Positions 7,384-20,766 of a stretch of DNA of 64,000 nt are shown in pieces. Made by a program: the position numbers and the translations under genes. The notes under the pieces were generated by a model that did not search any database, was not told the DNA's origin, and saw only the letters and a program-made list of their open reading frames with translations. Location: assembly GCA_963783385.1 (NCBI GenBank), contig CAWANJ010000006.1, positions 128,001 through 192,000 on the forward strand, in the 5' to 3' direction. How positions within the stretch are numbered: position 1 is the stretch's first letter; each line of letters opens with the position of its first letter. This DNA is from an uncultured Gemmatimonadales bacterium (GTDB lineage: Bacteria; Gemmatimonadota; Gemmatimonadetes; Palauibacterales; Palauibacteraceae).

Positions 7384-10350
7384 CTAGCTGCCCCCGCCGT
7401 CACTCCCGTCGTCCTCCTTCCCGAGCCCGAGGTGCAGGTCGTTCCAGTTCATGATCGCGTTCCACACCAGGGCGAAGTCGCCCTGCGGCTGGAAGCGGTG
7501 CATGGGGTCGAAGCCGAACAGGACCACCATCCCCTCGCCCTCCGGCACCACGACGACCGCCGGCCCGCCGGCCATCTTGCCGCCGCCCTTGACGAGTCCG
7601 GACAGGAAGAGCGAGTCGGCGCCGGCGTACTTCACCACGGCGTCCTCCTTCGTCCGGTCGTCCAGCCGGAAGTAGGGCCCGAAGCGGTGGTAGAGCGGCA
7701 TGCGCTCGGGGTAGCCATACGCGACCGGATTCTCGGCCCGAACCACCTTCCCGCGCACCAGGGATCCGGGCACGAACAGGCCGCTCGGCTCGACCCGCTG
7801 CACGTGGCGGACGAGCCCCATGTCCACGGGCAGGGCGCTGGAGGAGCCCAGTGTCACGAGCGTTCCTCCGCGGCGCACGAAGTCGCGGAGCGCCGCGAGC
7901 CCTTCGTACCCGATCCCACCCGTGATGTCGGCAGCGGAGTCGGGGAGGCCGAGAGCCGGATAGGTGGCCGACGAGCGATAGGACAGGGGTCCGCGGGACG
8001 GATCCAGCCCCTCGAAGATGCGCTTCCCCGTGGCTCCGGCTCCCTGCGAGGCCATGAGTATGACGTCGAAGCGGGCGCGCAGGTCGGCCGGTCGGGCACC
8101 CTCGGTGAGGTCGTCCGTCCCCAGGTAAGTGTAGGGCACGCCCATGGTGTCCAGGGCAAAGCGCACCGAGCCGTCGTCCTGGGTGTCCGTCCAGGTGTGG
8201 AGGAGCGCGACCCGCGGCGCGTCCATCGCGTGCCGGGTCACGTCCCGGACGTCCCGGTCGCGGAGTCCCGTGACCTGGAGATCGAGGCCGGCCGCCAGGC
8301 TGTCGATCACGGAGCGCGGCACGGAGTCGGCCGGCACCAGCCACGTGCCCGCCGCGAAGCTCCGGTCCCGGGCCCGAAAGCTGTCCTCGGCGGCGTAGGC
8401 CGGGATCGATCCGTCGGCACGCCGCAGGCCGAGCCAGGCCCGAACTTCCCGCCCGGAGGCGTGGGGCTCCACCGCCCACCAGTCGGCGCCGCCGGCGTGC
8501 GCCACGGAGGCGGGCAGCCGAACGCGCCCGCCGTCGACGGGCGAGGTCCGGAGCGCGAGCACGGCGCTGTCGCCGACCGCGTGCGCCTCGACGCCGTACA
8601 TGAACGGGTAGGTCCAGCCCACGTCGTCGTAGGGCGGGGGCGCGTCCTCGGGGAATTCCTGCGGCCGCATGAGCGTCAGCAGGAAGTTCCGGTAGGGCTG
8701 GTCCATGCGGAGCACGTAGTCGCCCTTCCGCACCCGCACCGAGTCCGCCTGGTCGTAGCGCTTGCCGGCCCCGGCGAAGGTCCCGTCCTGCGCCGCCCGC
8801 GATACCTCGATGCCGTGGTCCCGCAGATTCTGGAGCATGGCCGCCGCATCGGCGCGGCGGGGCTGGTCGGCGGGCACGACCCAGGCGAACGGCTTCTCGG
8901 TCCGTCCCTTCGTCAGGCTGTTGACGCCCTTCTGCCAGAAGTCGCGCAGCAGGCGCCCCCGGTGGGCGGCGGCCAGGGAGAGCGCCGAGAGGGCGCCCGA
9001 CTCCATGTAGTTGGTGTTGTTCCGGAGGGACCACAGGGTGGAGTCGTGCGGCGGGCTGGGCCGGTACCACTGCACGTGGGTCGCATCGCCCCGGAGCTCG
9101 CGCTTCATCGTGTTGGGGACGCTGTTCCCGAACGTCTCGTAGAAGCGGCCCAGGCTGTTCAGGTCCATGTTCGTGACCCACATCATGTAGCCCGGATACC
9201 AACCGGTGTAGAAGCCGTGCGTCCACACCCCGGGGAGCCCGTACGAGGTGAGGCTCGTGACCTCCCAGTTGGCCATCCACGCCCACTCGCTCACCGTGAT
9301 CGGGTCCACGGCGGGGTTGTAGGGCCCGGTCCCGGTGGCCGTGTACAGGTAGGGCACCGACTCGTGCATGTCGTGCCCGACCGTGTAGTGCCAGTGCAGG
9401 GCCAGCTTCACGATGATCCGGGTCAGGTCGGTGATCATCCCGAATCCGTCCCGGTTGTCGTCGTGCATGATGTAGTGGCCCCAGTAGGGCGGTCCCCGCA
9501 CGATGCTGTCTGCGTAGAACACATCGGCGTTGTGGAGGCGGTGCCACTCGACCACACGGTCACGACCATCGGGGTCCATCACCGGGACGATGAACACGAC
9601 CACGTTCTTGCGGATGGCCCGGGTCACCGAGTCCTCGGAGGCGGCCAGCCGGTAGGCCATCTCCATGGTCATCTCGGGGGGGCCCGTCTCGGCCGAGTGG
9701 AGCCCGGCGTAGAAGGTGTAGACCACCGGCAGGTCCCGGACGAGAGTGTCGGCCTCCGCGCGCGAGGTCGTACGCGGGTCGGCAAGCTTCCCGAGCCCCG
9801 TCCGGATGGCCTCGAGCCGCTCCAGGTTCTCGCGGCTCCCCACCTGGACCAGCGCCAGATGCCGGCCCTCCTCGGTCTTCCCCAGGAGCTGGAAGCGAAC
9901 GCGCGGCGTGCTGGCGGCCAGGTCCCTGAAGTAGCCGTAGATCTGGTCCACGCTGTGGAGCGTGCCCGGCTTCCCGATCGGGTCGCCGAAGTGCTTCGAG
10001 GGCGAGGTGGCCGACGAGACCGGGATCTGGTCCACGAGCGGCGTCATGTACTCGGCCCTCGTGGTCCACGACAGGATCTTCCGGGTGGCGACCGTGTCCA
10101 CGGCCTGTCCCCACGGCGTCGTGTCCGGCACGCCGGCGGCCCTCCACCAGTCGAACGTCTGGGGGACGGGGGGCGCCCCGGCGCGGGCGGAGTCCGCGGC
10201 CGTGTCCCGCCGCGCGGCCGCGACCGCGACCGCCGGACGGTCCGGCCGGACCACGGCGCGGGGCGTGGACGCCGACGCGGTCGGTGGCGCGGAAGCGGCG
10301 CCGAACAGAAAGACGAGCGGGAGGATCACTGCGAGCATCCGTCGGGGCAT
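7384..10350 (-). CDS. Secreted M14 zinc carboxypeptidase family protein
   Basis: Signal peptide; LHSAE (HxxE), DPDG, DDNRD, HDMHE motifs. Confidence 0.9.
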   Translation of the reverse strand: MPRRMLAVILPLVFLFGAASAPPTASASTPRAVVRPDRPAVAVAAARRDTAADSARAGAPPVPQTFDWWRAAGVPDTTPWGQAVDTVATRKILSWTTRAEYMTPLVDQIPVSSATSPSKHFGDPIGKPGTLHSVDQIYGYFRDLAASTPRVRFQLLGKTEEGRHLALVQVGSRENLERLEAIRTGLGKLADPRTTSRAEADTLVRDLPVVYTFYAGLHSAETGPPEMTMEMAYRLAASEDSVTRAIRKNVVVFIVPVMDPDGRDRVVEWHRLHNADVFYADSIVRGPPYWGHYIMHDDNRDGFGMITDLTRIIVKLALHWHYTVGHDMHESVPYLYTATGTGPYNPAVDPITVSEWAWMANWEVTSLTSYGLPGVWTHGFYTGWYPGYMMWVTNMDLNSLGRFYETFGNSVPNTMKRELRGDATHVQWYRPSPPHDSTLWSLRNNTNYMESGALSALSLAAAHRGRLLRDFWQKGVNSLTKGRTEKPFAWVVPADQPRRADAAAMLQNLRDHGIEVSRAAQDGTFAGAGKRYDQADSVRVRKGDYVLRMDQPYRNFLLTLMRPQEFPEDAPPPYDDVGWTYPFMYGVEAHAVGDSAVLALRTSPVDGGRVRLPASVAHAGGADWWAVEPHASGREVRAWLGLRRADGSIPAYAAEDSFRARDRSFAAGTWLVPADSVPRSVIDSLAAGLDLQVTGLRDRDVRDVTRHAMDAPRVALLHTWTDTQDDGSVRFALDTMGVPYTYLGTDDLTEGARPADLRARFDVILMASQGAGATGKRIFEGLDPSRGPLSYRSSATYPALGLPDSAADITGGIGYEGLAALRDFVRRGGTLVTLGSSSALPVDMGLVRHVQRVEPSGLFVPGSLVRGKVVRAENPVAYGYPERMPLYHRFGPYFRLDDRTKEDAVVKYAGADSLFLSGLVKGGGKMAGGPAVVVVPEGEGMVVLFGFDPMHRFQPQGDFALVWNAIMNWNDLHLGLGKEDDGSDGGGS

Positions 10351-10614
10351 CGGCGCACCATCTCCGCGGGGGGGACCGGGTCTCGAGGCCGCGGGAAGAT
10401 CCTGTCGGGCGCCGCGCGACGCAACCGGTTCGGCCCGCCGCGGATAAGGCCGCGGCACCCCTCGGGCGGCCGGTCCTGCCGCCCACCTTCAGGAGCGCCG
10501 CGAATCCGAGACAGGTCCGAGGACAGCTCCCCATCGGACGTGATCCCGGTTCGATCGATCCTGCCCTCGGCCCGGTTCCTGCCACGCACCGTCCGAAACG
10601 CGAGGAGGCCCGTG

Positions 10615-11958
10615 ATGCCGGATCGAACACGCGTGGTCATCGTCGGAGCCGGGTTCGGAGGGCTCGAGGTGGCGCGGGAGCTCGCCGGCGAGGACGTCGA
10701 CGTCCTCGTGGTCGACCGTCACAACTACCACACCTTCTTCCCGCTCCTCTACCAGGTAGGGGCGGCCGAGATCGACGCCAGCGAGATCGCCTATCCCGTG
10801 CGGCGAATCGTGCGCGGATGGCCGAACGTGCGCTTCCGGATGGCCGAGGCACGCGGCCTGGATTCCGATCGGCGCATCCTGCGCCTGAGCGCACCGGAAG
10901 GGGCGAGTCGGGGGCCCGGGGACGGAGACGCCGGCCAGGAAGTTACGTACGATCACCTCGTCCTGGCCGCGGGCAGCGACGCCCACTTCTTCGGCGTGCC
11001 GGGCGCCGCCGAGCACGCCTTTCCCCTTCGACAGGTCGAGCACGGGCTCGCGCTCCGGAACCACGTGCTGGGCCGCTTCGAACGCGCCGAGGCCGTGGCG
11101 GACCCGAAGAGCGCCGAGCGGCGCTCACCTTCCTGATCGTGGGAGGCGGTGCCACGGGGGTGGAGTACGCCGGGGCCCTGGCCGAGCTCGTCTACCGACC
11201 GCTGCTCCTCGATCACCGCGACATCGGACGGGACGAGCCTCGCATCGTGCTCGTGGAAGCCACCTCCAGCCTCCTGGGCGGCGTCCCCGAGCGGCTGGGC
11301 GCCTACGCGGCGCGGCGGCTGTCCCGCATGGGCGTCGACGTACGGACCGAAACGAGCGTGCGGCGCGTGAGCCCCCGGCACGTCGAGCTCGACCGGGGCG
11401 AGTGGCTGGCCACCGAGACCGTGGTGTGGACCGCCGGCGTTCGCGGCGCCGGCGTGGCCGACGCGCTGGGGCCTCCCGGTGGACCGCCAGGGCCGCGTGA
11501 GCGTGGCTCCGACCCTGGAGCTCGCCGGTCCCGGAGGGCGTCTGGGTGCGTCGGCGACCTCGCCGCGCCCGACCGGGGAGGACCCGGCGCCGATGGTGGC
11601 GCCGGTCGCCATCCAGCAGGGGACGCACGTGGCCCGCGGCATCCTGCGCCGGGCGGTCGGCGCCGAGCCGGAGCGCTTCCGCTACCGCGATCCGGGGCTC
11701 CTGGCCACCATCGGACGGAACGCGGCCGTGGCCCGGCTGTTCGGTCGGACCTTCACTGGCTTCCCGGCCTGGGCGCTGTGGGCGGGGGTGCACATCGCCC
11801 GGCTGATCGGCTTCAGGAACCGCCTCGTGGTGCTGGTGAGCTGGGCGTGGGACTACCTCACCTTCGAGCGCGTGGTGAGGCTCATCCTCCCGCTGCGCGA
11901 GGCCGCCAGGCTCGAGGAGCGGGACGGCGGGTCGCGACCGCTCCGCGGATCGGGCTGA
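10615..11958 (+). CDS. ndh: Type II NADH dehydrogenase (frameshifted in assembly)
   Basis: VVIVGAGFGG, HTFFPLLYQV, IVGGGATGVEYAG, PMVAPVAIQQG, FRYRDPGLLATIGRNAAV across three frames. Confidence 0.85.
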
Positions 11959-12049
11959 GGTCGCCCACTCGCCCCGTCCGGCCCGGCGCCTCGGGCGCTG
12001 CGGCTCGTTCCACACCCCCGCTCCGGCTGCGCGAACGGCTTGCCCCGCC

Positions 12050-12087
12050 TATTATTCACGCTTATGATAATATACATGGAATATACA
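12050..12087. promoter_or_regulatory. AT-rich promoter/operator upstream of PadR-ABC operon
   Basis: TATTAT-N11-ATAATA inverted repeat and ATATAC direct repeat in GC-rich context. Confidence 0.4.
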
Positions 12088-12158
12088 CGCGATTCCCAGT
12101 CCCCCGGGCGTTCAACGCCGCGTTCCCTTCCCCGCCGTGTCGGCGGAGGCTCGAGGCC

Positions 12159-12819
12159 ATGAGCCGCGGCGCCTCGCCGCCTTCCTCGGGCCAGGTCACC
12201 CGGCTGGTGCTCCTGTCCATGGTCTCCACGGGGCACACGCACGGCTACCGGATCCGAAGGGGCTCGAGGCGCGGCACATGGACCGGTGGGCCGACATCCG
12301 CTACGGCTCGATCTACGCCGGGCTCCGCCGCCTGACCGACGAGGGGCTGCTCGAGGAGGCGGGGCAGGAGCAGGAGGATCGCGGGCCCCCGCGGACCCTG
12401 TACGGGATCACCGAGGCGGGACGCCGCGAGCGCGACAGACTCCTGCGTGAGCTGGCCGCCCGGCCCGCGGCTGGCCGCCGATCCGGTCGACGTGGCGCTG
12501 GCGTTCGGGCACTTCCTCCCCGGCGAGGAGCTGGCAGGGCTGCTGGACGAGCGGCTCGGCGCCGGTCGACGGAGCGCATCGACCAGATCCGGGCCACCCG
12601 GCGCATGGCCGTCCGGGCGCCGGCCCCGGGGTCAAGGCCCTGGTCGACGACCTCGTCGAGCACAGCTGGCAGCGGCTCAAGACCGAGGAGCGCTGGACCG
12701 CCCGGGTGCGGGACCGGCTGCTGCAGGGCCTCTACCGCGGCGCGGGCGCGGGCGAGTTCGAGCCGACCGCCGGGCCGGCGCCCGAGCGTGGGACCGAAGA
12801 CGGAGGGAAGGGGACGTGA
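12159..12819 (+). CDS. PadR-family transcriptional regulator (frameshifted)
   Basis: THGYRI, WADIRYGSIYAGLRRLTDEGLL, PPRTLYGITEAGR. Confidence 0.85.
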
Positions 12820-13834
12820 ACGCGATCGAGGTGGAGGACCTTCGGAAGACCGTACCGGAACGGGGTGGAGGCGCTGCGAGGCGTCTCGTTCGCGGTCGAG
12901 GAGGGCGAGATCTTCGGCCTGCTCGGCCCGAACGGGGCGGGCAAGTCGACGGCGGTGCGCATTCTGTGCACGCTGTCGGCCCCCACCTCCGGCCGGGCCC
13001 GGGTGGCCGGGGTGGACGTGCTCGAGAACCCGGACGAGGTCCGGCGCCGGATCGGCTACGTGGCGCAGGAGTCCTCGGTCGACATCCAGGCGACGGGGCG
13101 CGAGAACCTGGCCCTGCAGGGCCACCTCCAGGACCTCTCCGGGCCCGCGCTTCGGGGCCGGGTGGACGAGCTCCTCGAGCGCTTCGACCTCGCCGACGCC
13201 GCCGACCGCATGGTCGAGACGTACTCGGGCGGCATGAAGCGGCGATTGGACGTCGCCATGGGCCTCATCCATCGCCCCCGAACCTGCTGTTCCTGGACGA
13301 GCCCACCACGGGCCTCGACCCCGAGAGCCGGGCGGTGATGTGGCGGGAGGTACAGGGATCTCGCCGAGCCAGGGCGGCGTCAGCGTGCTCCTCACCACCC
13401 ACTACCTGGAGGAGGCGGACCGCCTCTCGCGCCGGCTCGCGATCGTCGACCAGGGCCGGATCGTGGCGCGCGGGACACCCGACGAGCTCAAGTCCGGGCT
13501 GCACGGCGACCGGATCACGGTGGAGCTGGCCGACGGGGTCGACGCCGAGCGCGCCGCCCGGTGCCTGGCCGACCTGCCGGGCGGAAGCGAGATCGTGACG
13601 GAGGAGCGCCGCTGCACGTGCAGGTCACGAACGGGGCGCGGGCCGTGCCCGGGGTGGTGGCGGCGCTGGAGGACGCCGGCGTCCAGATCGCCCAGGTCGC
13701 GCTGAGCCGGCCTTCCCTGGACGACGTCTACCTGCGGGCCACGGGGCACAGCTTCGGGACGGCCGATGCGACCGGGCGGGGGCCGCGGCCGGCGTCCGGC
13801 GGTGGTACGGGCACGGCCGGGGAGGGGGCGATGA
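12816..13834 (+). CDS. ABC exporter ATP-binding subunit, DrrA-like (frameshifted)
   Basis: GPNGAGKST, YSGGMKRRLD, LFLDEPTTGLDP, LLTTHYLEEAD, RPSLDDVYL. Confidence 0.9.
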
Positions 13835-14603
13835 AGGCGATCCGCGACACGCTGCAGCTGTTCATGCGCGAGATCCGCATCTCGCTGCGCATGCCGATCT
13901 GGATCATCATCTCGATCGTCGCAGCCGATCATCTGGCTGCTCCTGTTCAGCCAGCTGTTCCGCGTGGTCGGGTCGCTCGCGAGCTTCCCGGGAGGCTCCT
14001 ACCTGGGATTCCTGGCGCCCGGACTCGCCATCATGTCCTCGCTGTTCAGCTCGGCGTACGGAGGGGATGGGGCTCCTGCGGGACATCGAGCGCGGCTTCG
14101 TGGATCGGCTCCTGGCCACCCCGGCGAGCCGCGGCGCCCTCATCGGCGCCCGGGTGCTGCACGCGGCAGCGACCGTCATGTTCCAGGCGGCGGTCATCCT
14201 GGTGATCTCCTTCATCCTCGGGGTGCGGCCGGGTAGCTGGGTGCTGGGAACCCTGATCGTGCTGCTGTCGGCGGGCCTGCTGGGCGGCGCGTTCGGGGCG
14301 GCCTCCAACGGGCTCGCCCTGCTGGCCGGACGCTACGAGATCCTCATGGCGCTGATGAACTTCACGATCCTGCCGCTCACCTTCCTGTCCACCATGATCA
14401 TGGCGCGGCCGCTCATGCCCGGCTGGATGCGGGCCGTGACGCGCTTCAACCCGGTGGACTGGGCCGTGTCGGCGGCGCGGGACGGCTTCGACGGCACCGC
14501 GAGCGGCACCCTCGCCCTGCACTTCCTGCTGCTGCTGGCCTTCATGGCCGTGTGCTGGCTGCTGGCGGCGCGGGCGTTCGGCCGGTACCGGGCGCGGAGC
14601 TAG
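13831..14603 (+). CDS. ABC-2 type permease, DrrB-like (frameshifted)
   Basis: YLGFLAPG, DIERGFVDRLLATP, MPGWMRAVTRFNPVDWAV. Confidence 0.85.
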
Positions 14604-16516
14604 GAGCCGCCGCTCTTCGCCTTCGCGCCCGTCTTCTTCGCCTTGCCGGACTTCTTCTCGCGCTTCGCGGCCGCCGCCCGGCTCGATTTCTTCTTCCGCG
14701 CCCCCTTCGGCAGCTCCCTCCAGTGCTTGGCCCGCTCCTCGCGCGGGGCGTCCAGCCACGCCCGCAGGTCCTCCAGCGAGCGGGTGTTGAGCACGTCCTC
14801 CCGGGTGAGCCACGCGCGCCGCGCCTGGTCGATCCCGTAGCGGATGAGGTCCAGGTCCTGGGTTCGGTGGGCGTCCGTGTCGATCACGATCGGGAGGCCG
14901 AGGGCCTTCGCCTTCATCAGGTGCGTGTCCTTGAGGTCGAGGCGGTCCGGGTGGGCGTTGAGCTCGACGGCCACGCCGCGCTCGGCGGCGCGCTCGAGGA
15001 CCGCGTCCAGGTCGAACTCGTAAGGATCCCTCTCGTTGATGAGGCGGCCGGTGGGATGGGCGAGGATGTCCACCTCCGGGTGATCCAGAGCGCTCAGGAG
15101 CCGTTCGGTCTGCTCGTCGGCCGGCAGGTTGAAGCGCGAGTGGATCGAGACGAGGACGATGTCGAGCTTCTCCAGCATCTCGTCCGAGAGGTCGAGCGTG
15201 CCGTCGGCCAGGATGTCGATCTCCATGCTGCGGAACAGGTGGATCTCGTCGTGCTCGGCGACGACCTCGTCCATCTCCTTCCACTGCCGGCGGAGCTTCT
15301 TCTCGTCCATGCCGCCGGTCATCGCCAGGGACTGGCTGTGGTCGGTGAGGGCGAAGTACTCGTATCCGCGCTCGGCGCAGGCCTCGAGCATGGTCTCGAT
15401 GGACTCCCGTCCGTCCGACCAGGTCGAGTGCATCTGCAGGTCCCCGCGCAGGTCCTCGAGCGTGATGAGCTCGGGGAGCTCGTCCTTCTCCGCCGCCTGG
15501 ATCTCCCCCCGGTCCTCGCGCAGCTCGGGCGGGATCCACGGCAGGTCGACCGCCGCGTACACCTCCTCCTCGGTGGCGCCGGCCACGAATTCGCCCTCCC
15601 ACGGGTCGCGCTCCCTCGCCTCCTCGTCCTCGTCCTTCCCCCGCTTTCCTTTCTCCACCCGAAGACCCCGTACTCGGAGATGCGGAGACCCCGGTCGATG
15701 GCGCGCTGTCGGAGGCGGACGTTGTGCTCCTTGGAGCCGGTGAAGTAGACGAGCGCCGCGCCGTAGCTCTTCGCGGTGAGGATCCGGAGGTCGACCTGGA
15801 GACCGGAGGCGAGCCGCACGCTACCCTTCGTCGCGCCCGAGGCCAGCACCTCCTCGACCCGGTCGTAGCTGGTGAAGCGCTCCATGAGCGAGGCGCCCTC
15901 CTCCGCGATGGCGAGGAGGTCGATGTCGCCCACCGTCTCCTTGCGGCGCCGGTAGCTGCCGGCCACTTCGATCCGTTCCACGGAGTCGTCCTCCCGCAGC
16001 CACTCGAGCAGGGGCAGGACGTGCTGGTCGGCCTCGGAGATCTTGAAGCGCGCCTGGTGGCGGCGGTACGCCTCGATGCCCTGGAGGATCTTCTCCTCGC
16101 TCTTCTCCCCGAAGCCCTCGAGCTCGCGGACCTTCCCGGCCTTCGCCGCCTCCTCGAGCTGGTCCACGGTCTCGATCCCCAGCTCCTTCCATAGCTTCCG
16201 CGTCTTCTTGGGACCGACGCCGGGCAGCCGACCGATCTCGATGAGCGAGTAGGGAACGTCCCCGGTGAGCTCGTCCAGGAGCTCCAAGGGACCCCGTGTC
16301 CACCAGCTGGTGGATGTACTTCGACATGTCCTCGCCGATGCCGGGGAGCTCGGTGAGGTCGGCGTCCTCCTCGACCAGCTTCCGCATCGGGACCGGGTGC
16401 TCCTCGATCGTGCGGGCGGCGTTGCGGTAGGCACGGACCCGGAACGGGTTGGACCCCTGGATCTCCAGGAGGTCGGCGACATCCTCCAGGGTGCGGGCGA
16501 TCTCCACGTTCTCCAT
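14600..16516 (-). CDS. polX: DNA polymerase X / PHP 3'-5' exonuclease (frameshifted)
   Basis: NPFRVRAYRNAA, AGSYRRRKETVGDIDLL, YFTGSKEHN, GDLQMHSTWSDG, TDHS, DTDAH. Confidence 0.92.
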
Positions 16517-16758
16517 GGGAGCTCCCTCGGGTGGGGGGCTGCGATGTGGCGGCGCGAGGCTCCGGGACGCGGGAACCGGCGCCAGCCGGTACCTTGGGTC
16601 CGGACACGGCTCTCGGCGACCCTTGCCGCACGCCCCGTACCGGCCCGGCTCGCGCGGCCCGAAGGGAACCGGTCCGATCCCCGGAACGGTTTCGGGGGTA
16701 CGTCCTGCGGCCGGCCCCGCCCCCGGGGCCGGTCCCGAGCGGCTCGAGCGGCGGAGGG

Positions 16759-17733
16759 ATGAGCGAGACGATGACGGACGAGGCGCGCCCCGTGGCGACC
16801 GCTCCGACGATCTCGGCCGATCCGGCCGGAGCCACGCCGCCCGACGCGGTGGATCCGGCCCGTTCCGCCGCGCCGCCCGGCCCGGAGGATCCATCCGGGG
16901 CTTCGGCGCCGGCCGGCCCGGAGGCGCCCGGCCGTTCCCGCCATCACTGGCTGGTGCGGCTGACCCACTGGGTGAACGTCGTCGCGCTGACCGCGATGGT
17001 GGCCAGCGGCCTCCGGATCTTCAACGCCTACCCGGCCTTCGCGCCCCGCGGGCGGGACCTTCTGCTGCTACCCGTTCGCCGGCCAGCCCATCCCGGCGTG
17101 GCTGACGCTGGGCGGCTGGCTGGCCGGCGCCCGCCACTGGCACTTCGCCATCATGTGGCTGCTGGTGGCCAACGGACTGCTCTACGTGGGTTCATCTACC
17201 TGCACGGGGAGTGGCGGGATCTGGCGCCGCGCCGCGGTGACCCGCGCGACGCCTGGGAGATGGTGAAGTTCTACCTGTTCGCGCGCCGCGAGCACCCCCG
17301 CCAGGGCAAGCACAACGCCCTGCAGAAGCTGGCCTACCTCTCCCTCCTCGTCCTGGCCGTGATCGCGGTGGCCTCGGGGCTGGCGATCTGGAAGCCGGTG
17401 CAGCTGGGCTGGCTCACCCGGCTGATGGGGGGCTACGTGTGGGCCCGCTACTGGCACTTCCTGGCCATGCTCGGCCTCGTGGCGCTGGGCCTGATCCACG
17501 TGTTCATGGTGGTGTCGGTCGATCCCTACTCGATCCCGGCCATGATCACGGGGCGCTACCGGGCCGACCGCTCGCCCGAGCGCCGCAACGCGCGACCCTT
17601 CCAGCACCTGTTCGGCCCGGTACGACCCTCCGGCGCGACGGCGGAGGCGACCGGGGCCGACGCCGCGCGGGAGCGCCGGGCGGCCATCGATCCGGAAGCC
17701 TCGCGAGACGACGACACGGCGGAGCGATCCTGA
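16759..17733 (+). CDS. Di-heme cytochrome b (Ni_hydr_CYTB/PhsC-like) membrane subunit (frameshifted)
   Basis: VRLTHWVN, GGWLAGARHWHF, KHNALQKLAY, ARYWHF, IHVFM. Confidence 0.8.
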   Translation: MSETMTDEARPVATAPTISADPAGATPPDAVDPARSAAPPGPEDPSGASAPAGPEAPGRSRHHWLVRLTHWVNVVALTAMVASGLRIFNAYPAFAPRGRDLLLLPVRRPAHPGVADAGRLAGRRPPLALRHHVAAGGQRTALRGFIYLHGEWRDLAPRRGDPRDAWEMVKFYLFARREHPRQGKHNALQKLAYLSLLVLAVIAVASGLAIWKPVQLGWLTRLMGGYVWARYWHFLAMLGLVALGLIHVFMVVSVDPYSIPAMITGRYRADRSPERRNARPFQHLFGPVRPSGATAEATGADAARERRAAIDPEASRDDDTAERS

Positions 17734-18437
17734 TGGACCGACGAGACTTCATCACCGTGGGAGGCGGCGCGCTGGCGGCGCTCCTGGCAGCGTGCAACTC
17801 GGAGGGGCCTCCGGCCGCGAAGGGCGTCCTCGAGTTCGCCCGCCGCAAGAACCAGGACGTCGAGGAGGCGCTCTTCCGCCACCTCACCATGGACCACGTG
17901 AAGGAGGGCGGACGGCTGGCCGGGGACGCGCTCCCCCGCTACTACGTGTCGCCCACCGTGCCCGTGTGGGACCCGTCGCTCCGGGGCGCGTGGAAGCTCG
18001 AGGTGGGGGGCGCCGTGCGGAATCCGCTCACCCTGCGGATGGACGACCTGCGGGGCCTGCCGTCGGTGACCCAGCGCGTGAACCACTACTGCGTGGAGGG
18101 CTGGACCGCGCTCACCGAGTGGACGGGCGTCCGGGTGAGCCTGCTGGCCAAGCTCGCCGAAGCCCGGCCGGACGCGAAGTTCGTCGACTTCCAGTCCTTC
18201 GACTCCGGCTACCACGAGAGCTGGGACCTGGCCAGCGCCCTCCACCCCCAGACCCTGATCTGCTACGAGTACGAGGGCTCGCCGCTCACGCCCGGCCGGG
18301 GAGCGCCGGCCCGCCTCCACTCACCGGTCAAGCTCGGCTACAAGAGCGTCAAGTACCTGACGCGGATCGTGTTCCTCCCCCACCCGAACGGGGGCTACTG
18401 GACCGACCGCGGCTACGAGTGGTTCGCCGGGACCTGA
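17733..18437 (+). CDS. Molybdopterin-dependent oxidoreductase, sulfite oxidase/MsrP-like
   Basis: Tat/lipoprotein signal MDRRDF...LAAC; [32 protein letters not shown]. Confidence 0.85.
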   Translation: MDRRDFITVGGGALAALLAACNSEGPPAAKGVLEFARRKNQDVEEALFRHLTMDHVKEGGRLAGDALPRYYVSPTVPVWDPSLRGAWKLEVGGAVRNPLTLRMDDLRGLPSVTQRVNHYCVEGWTALTEWTGVRVSLLAKLAEARPDAKFVDFQSFDSGYHESWDLASALHPQTLICYEYEGSPLTPGRGAPARLHSPVKLGYKSVKYLTRIVFLPHPNGGYWTDRGYEWFAGT

Positions 18438-18439
18438 GC

Positions 18440-20493
<2,054 letters not shown>

Positions 20494-20766
20494 GCCGACC
20501 GCGTGCTCCTGGTCTCGGGACCTCCGGACCCTCCCGGGCCGGCACGTGTCCGCCGCGGCGGCGCCCGGAAGGTCCGGTGGGACACGCCTAATTATGCGGG
20601 CCCCTTCCCCGTCAGAGAAGCGGTAGGGCCGGGAGCCTGCCCTCGTCTCCCGCCACCCCTCCGACCCGGGCCCCCGAGCGGGGGCAAGTAGTGGGCAGGT
20701 CCTGCAATCGCTAGATTGGGAGGCCGCGCGCCGCCCGGTGCGTGCAGCATCCGTGCGAGGCGAAGG

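Noticed and set aside
7345-11136. Very long ORFs antisense or off-frame to real genes (1263 aa here; also 14046-16835, 58665-61376)
   Set aside because: Shadow ORFs expected at high GC; Arg/Pro/Gly-rich with no motifs apart from pieces of real genes
20692-20706. Sigma54 site upstream of the NiCoT gene
   Set aside because: GG to GC spacing is 9 rather than 10
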